Notes: generated by a model from the sequence alone, not told the origin. Shown: positions 11,546 through 23,765, counted from the first letter of the stretch. The stretch is 27,880 nucleotides of DNA from Acanthaster planci (GCF_001949145.1 NW_019091357.1:1700746-1728625); one strand, 5' to 3'. Numbers and translations are program-made.

Positions 11546-14500
11546 CATGCATGAACCGGTACCTGGTACATGTACATGTATGTACATGTAAGTTGGTGTC
11601 AGGGAAAAACCCAGCACTACAAACAAATATACATGGATATATTCATTTTGGAAATTTCTGCCAAATACTGGGATACATGGTAGTGACAACAGAATGATTT
11701 AAAAAAAAAAAAAAAAAGAAAAGCTCACATCCAATCCAAAACTGCTTTGGAAAAATCACAATACATGTACTTTGCCTTCAATACATAATCCCAGTAACTT
11801 GATATCCACAATGTCAAGCGGGTCCCCAACCCTCATTGCTCATTCAGGGAGCGTGCTCAGAAGGGCCTCAAAGCGGTCGTGAATAATACCAGTCAGGCCT
11901 CCCTAACGGGCTGATTCATAAACGCTGGAGGGAAGGGAGACAATCAAATGAACCACATCAACATACAATTAGATCGGTTCTGGCCCAGCAAATTGGAATG
12001 ATTTGCTCTCTGCTACCCTCAGGATTGGAAATTTACTCCGACTTGAGCGGGGAGAGTCAGCTTTTTTGCTTCCAGTTGTGAGAGTTTTTTTCTGGTTAAA
12101 TGAATCGGTACACGTTAATTTAGTTTTGAATTTTGCTCCAAAACAAGACGGGCACTTGGCCCTCGAGAACAGGGCTACCCAGTCAAAAACAATCTGCATT
12201 CCTATGGTATAGTATGGCACTTTTACAATAACAAAAAAAAATCCCAGTTGGTCAGTCTGAATAAAATCTGACATACAAAGTTTTGGGAGAACCTTCAATG
12301 TCTTTGGAAGTCAAAGTGGCTCCCTTGACATATATTTTTATTTGTCATCAATTGCAATTCCCAGAAAATGTGACCAAGACTCTAAATCTTGTGCTTTAGC
12401 ACCAATGTGATCTTATACATGTAATTTGTGAACTGAGATACATGTACATGTAGTTGAATTTATTTTTGAGACAACATAAAAAGTCCTTGTGAGACAAAGA
12501 CCAGCAAATTCTAACAACGTCTTCCTGTGCAGTCAAGCATCGATTACCAATAGTTCATTTTGCAACCTTGCCATGAAAATGTCCTGTACAAAGAGGGAGA
12601 ACAGGGACCCGAGTTGGATCTTTGAGTATCACTGTGAAACCACTTCCAAGTCACCGGTATACAGTATGTGTTCCCCGTATTCCTGGCACAGTTCCATAAG
12701 TGACTGGCAAAAAGGGACTTAAAGGTACAACCGGAACACGGAAAGTGCTAGAATGTGTACCATGAATCTGTGCATACATGTACACGAACAGCTTCAAACT
12801 TGCAAAAACATTTTTTGGGAAGCACAAACAAGAATTTATAACTTGTCTCTCTTATCCAGACACTTAAATATACGTACATTTCATTATCACATGTACACAT
12901 GTACAGTAGAATCCTTGAAATAAAATTTCCTGCCAGGAGAGAAAACAGAATTTCTTTTCCTTCTGGCCAGAGCTTTACCAGTGTTGATCTCCGTTGAGTT
13001 AATTAATCATGTCTCCAGGTACTTTTTTATGGCAAGTGGATAAAAGAAAAGATAATCTGAAATTGACAGAATTGGTGTGGCTTGGCCAACATCAAAGGGA
13101 CCAGGCTTAATGAAATTACATGTACTTGTACATACATATACCATATACATGAATCAGCTGACTTACAATACCAGTACTGGTGTCTACATGTACTGTATGT
13201 ACAAAGTAACAGTCCCTCAGTGTGTACATGTACGGTACATTAGCACATGACCCTTCAATGCAAAGATGCATTCTTGACACAGTTGTCCTGCCAGTCAAAA
13301 TCAGTCAAGGTATGTACAGGGAGAAATGGAAGGCCTGTCTGTGACTATTACAGCAAAAGGAGCTACGGAGGACAACTGTTTCTGAGGAGCTGGTACAGAG
13401 ACAAATTCATGTATCTGCTGCATCATTAACCCTCCTATGCTGAAGTCACTCTTTGGGTCACTTGGTAAACACCTCAAAGAAGCACAGCTGTGTCGTGTTG
13501 TGCACTGCACCAACATGCAAGAGAGTGACCTTGGGCACTGGTGCATATTTGTGCTGTAAAACTAAAGGAGGGTTAATGAATCCCAATTAGAGTCAGACTC
13601 AGTTAGCATCATACTTAAAAAGCTCACTAAAACACACGTCAACCGAGGATTCCTTGTAAAATTGGCACTATTTCAGAGTTGCTAAATATCAAGTCAACAC
13701 ACGAGACCTGTCCGTCACATGCGCTACACACCGCTTTCTCGGGTCTGTCCCATAAAAGGGCACTTTCCTTTTGCTTGGAATAACAAATCACCTGACTGTA
13801 ATGCCACTGTCCGTTTATGCCCTGCACTGCTGCTTTGTCACCAAGGCAACGCTTTCACAGGATAACAGCACAGTTGAGGGAGAAGGAATTGCAAAAACTT
13901 CTTGTGGATTCACTGCTTGAGCGCAATGAGACTGAACAAAGTGCTGTTAAGCTTTCATGGGCGATACAAAGACGACTCCATAAACACCGGGGCTAAAAAA
14001 AACAGGAACGAGACAAAAAGTCGAGCACTCACGGGGGAGGGGGAACTTCTCAAGGGGAATCAATTTCAAATGTCATTTGGAATTCGGAACATGCCCCACT
14101 TTGTTCCATTTGTTGAAGATTTTTTAAAAAAAGGATATTTGCTTTGATTCCACATAATATGATTTTGAGTTAAATTTGGACTGAAATGTTTTCAAGTGTG
14201 AAGAGTTGAATGTTTTGTTCTGTATTGGTTCCGTATGTTATTGATCATTTGGAAATAAAGGGCAAAGCTATTAAATTTCAAAAGCAGTTCAGAGAGGATC
14301 CTTTCTCGGATTCAGAGCTGGAAAAATAAAAGCTGGGTTGTACAGATCAAAGATGTAAAATTCAATTATGTAATGTGCGAATTAACTCGGGAGAACTACA
14401 TTGCATGAGCAACAGAATTGGTGATTTGGGAAAACTTTTCTGATTTCAGAAGCGACTGCGCTGTTTATTGTGATTAAGCAGGCTGCGCACTTCCCTGAAC

Positions 14501-14966
14501 AAGTCTTAGCTATCAGGGGACATTACCGGTATCTGGTAGGGTGCCGAGAGATAAACCCAATCCGGGGGTACTTCACAAGGGTGACAGACATGTACAGTGT
14601 ACAGCATGTACAGTGTGGACCTCCAAGCAAAAAGAAGTCCACAGAATGTACGGTTAGAAGACATGTGGCCTCATGCGTCCACACAGTGTTTTGCCCTCTC
14701 TGAAAATGGCTTCAGAAGGAATTTGGGGTCAGGGTTATTTGTGACAAAATGAAGAAGGACAGTCCAGGAAACCCTCCTCAAACATCCAGCTCAAAGGAGT
14801 TATCCTAGCGGGAGAGAAAGGAGCACTTTCTCCCAAGTTTTCTAAGCCACTGGAGAACAAAGGAATGACGGCACAACATACCGGTACATGTAAATGTATT
14901 ATACATGTATGTGAAACAAGCACACACGTGCGTGTACGGGTTGACGGAATGGCTGGTGACACTTAC

Positions 14967-15047
14967 GATTGCATCTTCGCTGAATGAAACGCAGCTTACA
15001 GCTGGCCCTGTAGGTCGCAAAACGGATCACATCGAAGTTCTGACTCC
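14967..15047 (-). CDS. Dyb: Dystrobrevin exon B (81 bp): (R)[26 protein letters not shown]
   Basis: Acceptor ggctttcccag and donor C|gtaagt. Carries the dystrophin/dystrobrevin 'IRxxTYRxACKLRFxQ' motif and is in phase with its neighbours. Confidence 0.96.
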
Positions 15048-15388
15048 CTGGGAAAGCCAAAAATGGAATTCTCATAAGTAACACAGCTCAATCGCCCTAG
15101 AACAAAACTGTTGCCAGAGCAAAACTCTGAACCTGTCAAAGTGAGTAGAGAGATGCAAGACCTGCATTTTAGATACCTTGGGAAAAACAATTTTTCAAAA
15201 GGAATTCAGCAGACGTGCTTAACATTTTCACCCATGGACTGAAACCAATATCGTCCGTGGTCATCTACACACGTACATGTACATCACACTTTAGAGATTT
15301 TATCCATACATGCCAACAAATACCGATAAGAATGTGCTTAAATTTACAGACGTAACCACAAACAGATAAATAATGAATGCGAGCTTAC

Positions 15389-15493
15389 TCATTTCAGTGA
15401 TGAGTTGTCTCCTGTCCGCCATGGCCTTGTGTTGTGCTGTCGCCTCGTCCAATGCCTGTAGTGATGCGCTCTCGTCCAAGGCAGGTGGAGCCC
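15389..15493 (-). CDS. Dyb: Dystrobrevin exon A (105 bp, phase 1/1): (G)APPALDESASLQALDEATAQHKAMADRRQLITEM; internal in-frame ATG at 15422
   Basis: Acceptor ttatttgtgttgcag and donor A|gtaagc. MADRRQLITEM matches the dystrobrevin N-terminus (human DTNA MAERRQLFAEM, from memory). The frame is open across the whole exon. Confidence 0.9.
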   Translation of the reverse strand, partial: GLHLPWTRAHHYRHWTRRQHNTRPWRTGDNSSLK

Positions 15494-16815
15494 CTGCAAC
15501 ACAAATAACAGACATGTTGATCCTTGAGTGAGGTTGGCCACCGTACTCCTTTCTCACCAAACTCACCTATCACCTTTGTTGCTTCAGGTTCGAATTCGGT
15601 CCCTCCCCTGTCTCAGCTGACAAAACTGGTGTCCAAAATTCGGATACCATCACTGCAGTGGTAACACACTTGCATACATGTACATAAATGTACATTCATT
15701 ACATGTGCCTCTTTGACTGATATCAGTACATGTACAGGTGTACAGAAGTCCACGTACATGTACAAGAGTACGGTATGCGGGCTACAGGCTAACCAGATGG
15801 AGGAATTCCTTCCTCCACGACTAACCCAGGGAGGCATCATAACTGCAGTGACACTGCCTTTACCTGTCCATTTTCTCAGGTACATGTAAGCTTGACACAC
15901 GCATACATGTACATGTACATTTGGCAAGTCATAGCACCCTACTAGTCCACTAGGCATTGTGTCACCACAGTAATCGCTTCGAGTCCCAATGCTCAAAAAC
16001 AATCCTCAAATACAAGTACATTGTGTGCACATCAGGTTTAAATATTAATACAATGTACATGTTGTGAACTAGCAGATTTCCTCTTCTTAAGGGTGGGGAA
16101 TCAGGTTGATTTCAGTGGTTCATTCCTCAACTTCCAAACTTGGAGATGTCAATTCCTTTCCCGCTCACTTCACGGTACAGTATAACTCTGGGCAGTGGGT
16201 AAGTTACATGTACATGTAAACGTACCAAAATAGCCTCCTCCTGGTTCAATATACATGGATACTCAGGTGAATTTTCTGAAAATCAAAGTTCGTCAATCGA
16301 CTCCTCTCCATTCAAATCTGGGACTCTAGGAGAGTTCACTGAGGACATACATGTTCATATAAAGCACAGACTTGGAAGCATCTAAGCAGCGTGCCACACA
16401 CTAACGGTGGGGCTGATTTCCCACGTCTTCTAGTGTCATCAGCAACCCACAATACGAGGGTGAGTGCCCCTCAGCTCAACAACAAGAGACAGTGCCAATG
16501 CCTACATGTACTGTACATGTACATGCAGGTTAACCCTGACTTCAATGCTGTCACAGCTACTGAAACAAACACTGTACTAATACATGTACATCAAAACTCT
16601 TCCCGTAACTCTACTCCAGACATTTCAAACTGTACCGGAAACACTGAAAAACCTTCCTAGGACCTGCAGCGATGGCCAGCAGAGTCTTTGTCTGGTATCG
16701 CCACAAAATTGAGGTGTAAGATGGCAGGTACGAGCACCGATGTACCCAGGTACACGTACACACACGTGTACAATCATTATCAAAAGAAAACTCAAAAAAA
16801 AAACTTCCAGCATAC

Positions 16816-16849
16816 CGGGACTTGCTGCTACAGACAGTGGTTTCCCCAT
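16816..16849 (-). CDS. Candidate alternative first coding exon of dystrobrevin: MGKPLSVAASP(G)
   Basis: Strong Kozak context gtcaccATGG, then 11 codons + 1 nt and donor CCG|gtatgc. Phase 1, which is the phase exon A needs. Confidence 0.55.
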
Positions 16850-18637
16850 GGTGACTCCAGAGGAGCGAAGCAGATTAAAAACACAAAGCCAGACAGATTA
16901 CTGTAAATTTCCAAATGGCCTCTCTCGACTAATCGTTACACGCTTCGGATGAAAATCAGACAGACAAGTGAAGTCAGGCCTGTGCATCGCATAACCACGA
17001 AAAAAGCCATGTCAGGGGCCGGACGCTCCCCTCAAACTCGACCCTAAATGTCCCCACAGGGGGTTGTAAGTCTACCAGAAAGACGCCTTGTAGCAGGTCT
17101 ACGGTCCGGGCCCTGGTAAACAGCGTACTGGTACACTCAAAGTGACTTGCTAATCAAGTATTAATGACATGCACTGTTTTGTTCCCAGTAGGGGGGTCAT
17201 TTATCAAGTGCTGCAAGCTAGAAACGATTAAAAACAAAGGCAAAAGGAAGCGGGACGGAATACAAGCATCACGGCAGAAGACACTGCATACGAGTAAATT
17301 GGACTGGCAAGTGGTGAATCCTTGACGTTTAGTGAGTGCGATTACATGTGGTACTAAAGTGGGTTTTGATTAGCTCATCAATTATAATGGGAACCAGAAA
17401 GTCAATAAAATGGGTGAATGCCACAGCACGTGTCACCGGTGTTCTGTACACCGGTGTACAGCACACATGACCATGCACAATGCACACATGTACATCAGGG
17501 TGAAATTGGAGGAATAAAGAAAAAATCCATGAAATAATAAAAAGAGGTTTTGACAGCCAAATAAAAAAGGTACATGTACAAATAGACACGTGTACACTGT
17601 ACATGTACGACCAAAAACTGGTTCATCTGATGGTCCATGCTGTTGGAACCTATAAAGTTAACGGCGAGCATAATGCAGACATGTACACGTAACCAGAAAA
17701 CATGTATAATGTACCGATATGTGTATGTACAGTACATGTCATGTACGTGAACGTACTTGTACCGGCCCTGTATGTACGGTGCATGTACATGTATTATATG
17801 GAGGTGCACTTTACACTAACTCTACACTCCTGATATTGATTCATGTACCGATATTGACACTGAAATATATGAACAAACACAAAATTTGTAGAACACACAT
17901 GCACCTTAACATGATCCGCCTACATGTTCACATTACTGATTCATCTACACTCTAAACCTGCTAAAAGGGAAACGTTAGCAACTGCATCTTTATATTAGTA
18001 TCTTTACTTTAACATGTGTAACTGCCAGTACATTAACTTCCTGAAAGACTGAATCTAAAGGCTGTTTCCAAGACACTGAAATTGAGAGTGAAGCCCCGTT
18101 TTCTCCAGTGCCTCTCTGTCTGCTCTGAGCAATGACCTGCAAGAGGCAGGGATCGCATCCCGTCGCTAAGCTGTCTCGTCTCATTCATCCTCGTCCTCCT
18201 CACTCAAGCCAAGGGGGAAAGAGAGTCGAGGGCCGCTGTAACTAGACTTGCTCACGGGTGTATTGCATTCTCAGGTATTTAATGATTTCCTTTACGGTTG
18301 GCACAGGCCCGGCAGGGGACAAAAAAAGATTAAGGAAAGAGAAGGCCTGAACAACTGAACCGAAGGAACTTCTGGCGCCACTGACTAAGATGACTGGATA
18401 AACGGCAAAATTCCCATATATGTACATGAACTTCAACCTTGGACAATATTTTATTTTTCAATTCAAAACAAGACAAAATACAAAAACTGCTTGGTACCGG
18501 TACATGTACATGTAAAAGTACCTGCCACGTTTACATGTACATGCACAAGTGGCCAAGAACTGGTTTTGTAAGAGTCACTGAGGAACTTTCTTCGTATTAC
18601 CGGTGCGTGATACTGGCCAGGGTTTTTACATATCTAT

Positions 18638-18913
18638 GGGTAATTCCAGAAATTTGCGGTCCAAAAGTGTGACATTTTCGTGTCCCTAACATTGCATCTG
18701 ACCTTTGTTATAAAACATGTAAAACATGGAAATATCACCAGAATTGATTTCAAACTATTACATGTCCTTCCGGCAGATTTATTTGGTAGGTAATTTGCAT
18801 TAATTCATCGCTCATGAAATTTAGAAAATGTATTCTAAACTTAAAAAATCATACATGTGTATGTCAGACGTGACAGGGACATGAACAAAGGACCCTAATT
18901 TCTGGAATTACCC
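18638..18913. mobile_element. MITE family X, copy 2 (opposite orientation to copy 1)
   Basis: Ends GGGTAATTCCAGAAATT / AATTTCTGGAATTACCC. Shares the blocks TAACAAAGGTCAGATG, AATGTCACACTTTTGGACC and TAATAGTTTGAAATCA with copy 1 in reverse complement. Confidence 0.75.
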
Positions 18914-19693
18914 CCGTACAAGTAGGGCTGGTATTGGTAGGGGGAGGGGATTACATGTAAGAGCACATTATGTGTACTGAAAGTGCAAGCCCAAAATGAA
19001 GCATAGTCCAGGTCATTCAGAAACAGCAATAGAGGGTTTGCATGGCTGGCATGTTGCAGGTCTGTGCTTTTGTACCATTGAGTACAAGTACATGTACCGG
19101 TACATGTAGGCACAAAGGAGGTCCCTTGCAAGATGGCCACCACACATTAAAGCCTCTCATTAAAGCATGTGTGAGGTCTGCCCATTCAACATGGCTGACT
19201 ATAACCGGTTCTTTGCCCTCAAATGGTCTTGTCTTCGTGAAATACCGGTACCAAACTGGCTAATTTCAACTGTGCCAAAAACAAATTAATGTGCAGGCTC
19301 CAGTGCTGTGAAGAAACAAGACTTGAAACAGCAGTTGGCTGTTCTCGTCATGCCTGCTGGCATGGGATCAACGCATTTAGACCTCTCCTCCGTCAGACAA
19401 CGGATGGAGTCCGCTTTTTTTTTCCCCCTTGTCTTCTCCATCAGTCCTCACAAATATCTCGGGGGCAAATTGGCACTTCATTTTCACGGGGCCGAAACTG
19501 CGCTGAAATGACTCCAGCGATAACACGGAATAACAGTTAATGTTTTCATAAAAATGTATAAATAAAGAAATTGTGGCATGGCCTGGGTTCTTGTGGGGGA
19601 GATTTCCGGGGCTGGTGAGAGATTACAGGCGACAAGGAGCTGCTCGTGGAGATGCGTGCATTCAAATCTGTCAATTTTACAGTAAACTGTTCT

Positions 19694-19972
19694 CAGGGTT
19701 CCTGGGAACAATTAAATTGCATGACTTTTCCACGACCAAATTAAGAAAACCCATGACCATGATGACCAAATACTAAAATTTCTTGGATTCTTCAGACTTT
19801 TAAAGTTGCAAATAAAATCACACATTTTTGAACTTATTCCTGATAACAGAAATTATACAAAATTCCATGACTTTTCCATGACTCTAGTAATTTTTACCAC
19901 ATTCCACGACTTTTCCAGGCCTGGGAAACAAAAAAAAAATGTCCATGACTTTTCCAGGCCGCAAGAACCCTG
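19694..19972. mobile_element. Non-autonomous DNA transposon (279 bp), TIR CAGGGTTC, 6-bp TSD
   Basis: Ends CAGGGTTC...GAACCCTG. TGTTCT flanks at 19688-19693 and 19973-19978. About 4-5 internal copies of CA(T/C)GACTTTTCCA. Confidence 0.8.
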
Positions 19973-20280
19973 TGTTCTCTAACGCAGAGATCCCGGAAAA
20001 TGCTGTGACTCAAAGCAAATGGGCAAGCAACTACAGCACATGTACATATACCGGATACAGGTACATACATGTACATGTACACTGTACTCAGTTGTTCTCT
20101 GTTACCATGGTTACATGTACATGAACATTTAAACTGACATTTAAAGCTGTTTTAAATGAATTCTAATAAGTTTTTAAGAGGGTAAGCATTATACAGGAAC
20201 ATTATGGGGTGAATTTACCAATGAGAATTGGGCAGTTACGACCTTTTTTTGAAGAAAAAAAGGAAGACCTTCATAAATGT

Positions 20281-20396
20281 GGACATGTACATGTACGGTA
20301 TAATGTACATGTATACATGCTGTACACTCTGTGGGTACATGTATACATGTACATGTACAATGTACGGTACATGTACATGTACATGTACAGTACATG
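20281..20396. repeat. Dense cluster of (TACATG)n microsatellite; representative of many dispersed copies across the introns
   Basis: Runs such as gtacatgtacatgtacatgtacagtacatg. Similar clusters occur near 3890-3930, 17570-17790, 21250-21410, 26615-26780 and 27390-27490. Confidence 0.9.
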
Positions 20397-20902
20397 AGAC
20401 TCATCGGTAAATTCCGGTTCGCTGCAAGCCATGAAATGAAGCAAAAAGAACATTGCACCAATGATTTAGTGACTGATTATGAGCGTAATATTGAGTTTCA
20501 GACAGCTCGTTAAGCAGTGTTCTCAGGCACTCCTTTCTGGCCAGTCAAAGTCAACCCGGAGTGAGAGTACGGTACTTGGCATTGATGATTTCCAAACACA
20601 AGACATTCATACAGAAGTTGATACGCGTACAAGGTACACGCTCCTGGCACTTTATTGATAAGCACCACAATTTGATATGTCCCTGCGGCCCAGGATTACA
20701 TGGAAAAACAGTCATGTAAAATCACAGATCACGTTTATGTGTCATGAAAGATACACACATACATGTACATGTATGTTTGACCAGTTAAAAACATTGTACA
20801 AACAAGACCACAATGCAAAAATTGTAAGGATAATTTTCACAAGTTTGCACATTAGTACAATGTGCAATACGTGGTCGTTCCAGTTTAGATACGTACACAA
20901 AT

Positions 20903-21249
20903 CATCGTGTGCCCGGAAGAAGGTCGTAAGTGCTTACGACCTTTTGCCAGGAAGCATAATCACTGCCAATTTTTTTTTTCCTGGCAAAAAGACGTACATG
21001 TATGTACATGTAACTGTTTTATTTTAATGAAATATAAAGATTTCTTTGCAAATATTCCAAAATAATTTCCGAAGTTGTTTGATAAATTGTTCATCAGAGG
21101 TTGCTTTTTGCACAGCCTGTGTTGATTTTGTGGTAAATTTTATCCGTTTGTACTAAATAAAGAGAGTGTGTTTCTTACGCCCTTTTACCGGGAACATCTT
21201 TTCTACTGTGAGTGTGATCATGCTTCCTGCTTTTGCCGGGCACACGATG
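20903..21249. mobile_element. Sola1-like MITE (347 bp), 14-bp perfect TIR, AAAT TSD
   Basis: CATCGTGTGCCCGG ... CCGGGCACACGATG, with AAAT at 20899-20902 and 21250-21253. A 4-bp AWWT TSD is the described Sola1 preference. Confidence 0.75.
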
Positions 21250-23270
21250 AAATGTACATGTACGTGTACATGTGTAGATGGCTACAGGCATGTACATGTA
21301 CACGTATCATGTACACTATACAAGGTACATGTACAACACATGTACGCGTACATGTACACCCATGCAGTTATTTGAGATACATGTACATGTAAGTAGAGTA
21401 CATGTACATGTGCCGGGTTAAATGGTCAGTTTTACTCAATGTCTTGTGACTAATTCAAAGTCAGAAATGTATTTCGCCGAGCACCTCCAATAAACCACCT
21501 GTACCAATGTAATTTATCCAGTTCTTTTTCAAACTCTAATTTTAAAAATCCCTCTTCCATTAGTGCTCAGGCCTAATTTATATAAATACAGTAAAGTATT
21601 AATAGAGACAAACTCACTCCATGACAAACCCTGTGGTCAGGTGGTGGTTTGTCATTCCTTAAGTCTGTCATGTACAGTAGCTCAGAACCAAGGAGTTAGA
21701 AAATTAATAGAGTTCAAACTATTTAGCATAATGATTTCATGAATATATCACTGGGTTGTGTCATGGTGTTTCCCTGCCTATTTACTGGTAAGTGTGAGGC
21801 GGCCCACCTCACTGATTCTAGTGACCACCTCAGGCTTTTCTGTCACAGAACCTTACACTTGATTAGACAAAGATGCGAGGAAAATGCAAAATACACCATA
21901 CGTTAGATATTTTGAAATAAATCAGTTTTAAATCATTCAGAATGATAAGGAAGGACACAGAATATAAGATTGATTTAGTTCAGACGAGAAATTGCGAGTT
22001 TAAAATGTACTGTATTATTTTACGCTTTTTAAAAAGCACTTGCTTTTGTTTTAGGCACTAGAATTTTGGCAAAAGTGTTAGAATGACCTTGCACATATTA
22101 TCAGTTCCTCAGGGGAAACCCTGGCTCGTGTACATGTGAACATCAATTGCAACTACACGTACATAAATGGTACCTGCTCCATGTCATTAGATGGCAGGTG
22201 GTCATCTACATGTACCTGCATTGATGTCCATGCCACCAAATTTTGCAAATTGTGCATGCATGCACCAGTACCTTACAGGTGTTTTGCATACCACCTGCAC
22301 ATATTTATCCATGTTTGTACATGTACAAGTTTGTATAAAAATCCACAATTGAACCAGGAGCAGTCTTCAGTTGTATAATGTAAAATGTAATTATCACGGT
22401 CCATTAGGAATTTACAATGTGAATACATCCGCACTAGCCTGCACTGTAAATGGTACAGGGAACATGCATGCATACAATGTACATGTACATTGTTCATGTT
22501 GTAAAATTGCTTTCTGTTTTTAAATAGGCTAATCTCAAAATAGAGTGTAAATGAATGCGCGCGATGACACGTGTACAGGGTACAAACCACAACATTAAAC
22601 AAGGTGCATTAGTGCTGTATCTAGTGCGACCAGCAACACAAATCAAATGAAATCTTTGCCAACAGTCACATTCTGTGAACATTTTAGATTACAACTTACG
22701 TAAATAAAGTATCGGTACCATCAAATGGGTGGCAACTGGGTATTTTTTTTAGGGAGGGGAGAGTTCTAAGGAGAATTTCCAGGGGGCAAATTGATACAGT
22801 GGCCATGGTGGCAGGAGGTCCATTTGGAAGGGTTTGGTCTTGTACCTCCCCTTTTGTCTTGAATTTTTTTCTTGGGGGGGGGGCTTGTTTTATGGTTCAC
22901 ATTTTATTCCCGGGAGAGAGGGAAAAACAAGTGCACCATTCATGAGCAAAAACATTGCATCATGTGAGTAACAGGCTCCTACTGATTACCGACCTTGGAC
23001 AGATATACATGTACAGTACTACCCTACAGTGTACAATGTACAGTACCTCATCTTTGGGGTTCCTTGATGTGGTTTTGATTAAATTTGGTACTGCCTACAT
23101 GTACATTGTACAATGCACATGTACATGTACACATCTGATACAGCACATTGCACAGGTACACACATATCCTACAACACTGTAAACATTTCCACAGGCAAAC
23201 ACGGGTAAGCAAAACATTGAATGCACCGGTACATGTACATGTAATTTTTAAAAATACAGTACCCACATAA

Positions 23271-23377
23271 ACATGGCCATGGTACCCGGTTAATTTATTT
23301 TACAAATTACAAGTATCCATTACACATGGCCATAGTACCCGGTTAATTTATTTTACAAATTACAAGTATCCATTACA
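23271..23377. repeat. 53-bp direct tandem duplication (2 copies, 1 mismatch)
   Basis: acatggccat(g/a)gtacccggttaatttattttacaaattacaagtatccattac occurs at 23271 and again at 23324. Confidence 0.92.
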
Positions 23378-23578
23378 AGTGATTACAAATTATCTACGGT
23401 AGGAGAAGAATCCCCCCATTAGAGATTTTATCTAAGACTTCTCACAGTGTTTCCACACTGTACAGTAAGTCATGCGTTTTTTCTATACTTCTCAATGCAT
23501 GGATGGTTGTGTACTGTACACCGCCTCTGCACTGTACGGTCGGCATACATTATTAGGCCTTGTATGCATGCCCCTCAC

Positions 23579-23765
23579 CTGTGGTGGTTGTAGTAAACAC
23601 CGACGTACTGTGAGTGCTCGTACACGTACACCTTGTGCAGGTCGTGGCAGCAGCGGTACGCTCACGTGGACGTGCCGGACTCGAAAGCGAAATCTGGAAG
23701 GTGATCTCAACGCCGTCGCACACAATTGTTTCATTCACTTGGACCACGTCCGCCCGCTTATACAT
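23579..23765 (-). CDS. Candidate alternative first coding exon of dystrobrevin: MYKRADVVQVNETIVCDGVEITFQISLSSPARP...SVFTTTTT(G)
   Basis: GC/CpG-rich island. ATG at 23765 with two in-frame phase-1 donors (CAC|gtgagc after 23666 and CAG|gtgagg after 23579). TATAAA lies upstream. Confidence 0.45.

Noticed and set aside
17013..17115. Small element with imperfect 12-bp inverted ends (CAGGGGCCGGAC / GTCCGGGCCCTG)
   Set aside because: No TSD and a single copy; it may be a relic but cannot be supported.
18130..18440. Further phase-1 first exon candidates (MNETRQLSDGMRSLPLA; ...MQYT)
   Set aside because: Weak donors or poor start context; the phase match is expected by chance.
19720..19960. CRISPR-like array of CATGACTTTTCCA repeats
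   Set aside because: The repeats are short and irregularly spaced, sit inside a TIR element in animal DNA, and no cas genes are present.
21601..21782. Degenerate inverted ends (CCATGACAAACCC / GGGTTGTGTCATGG)
   Set aside because: Too diverged and without a TSD; a possible old MITE only.
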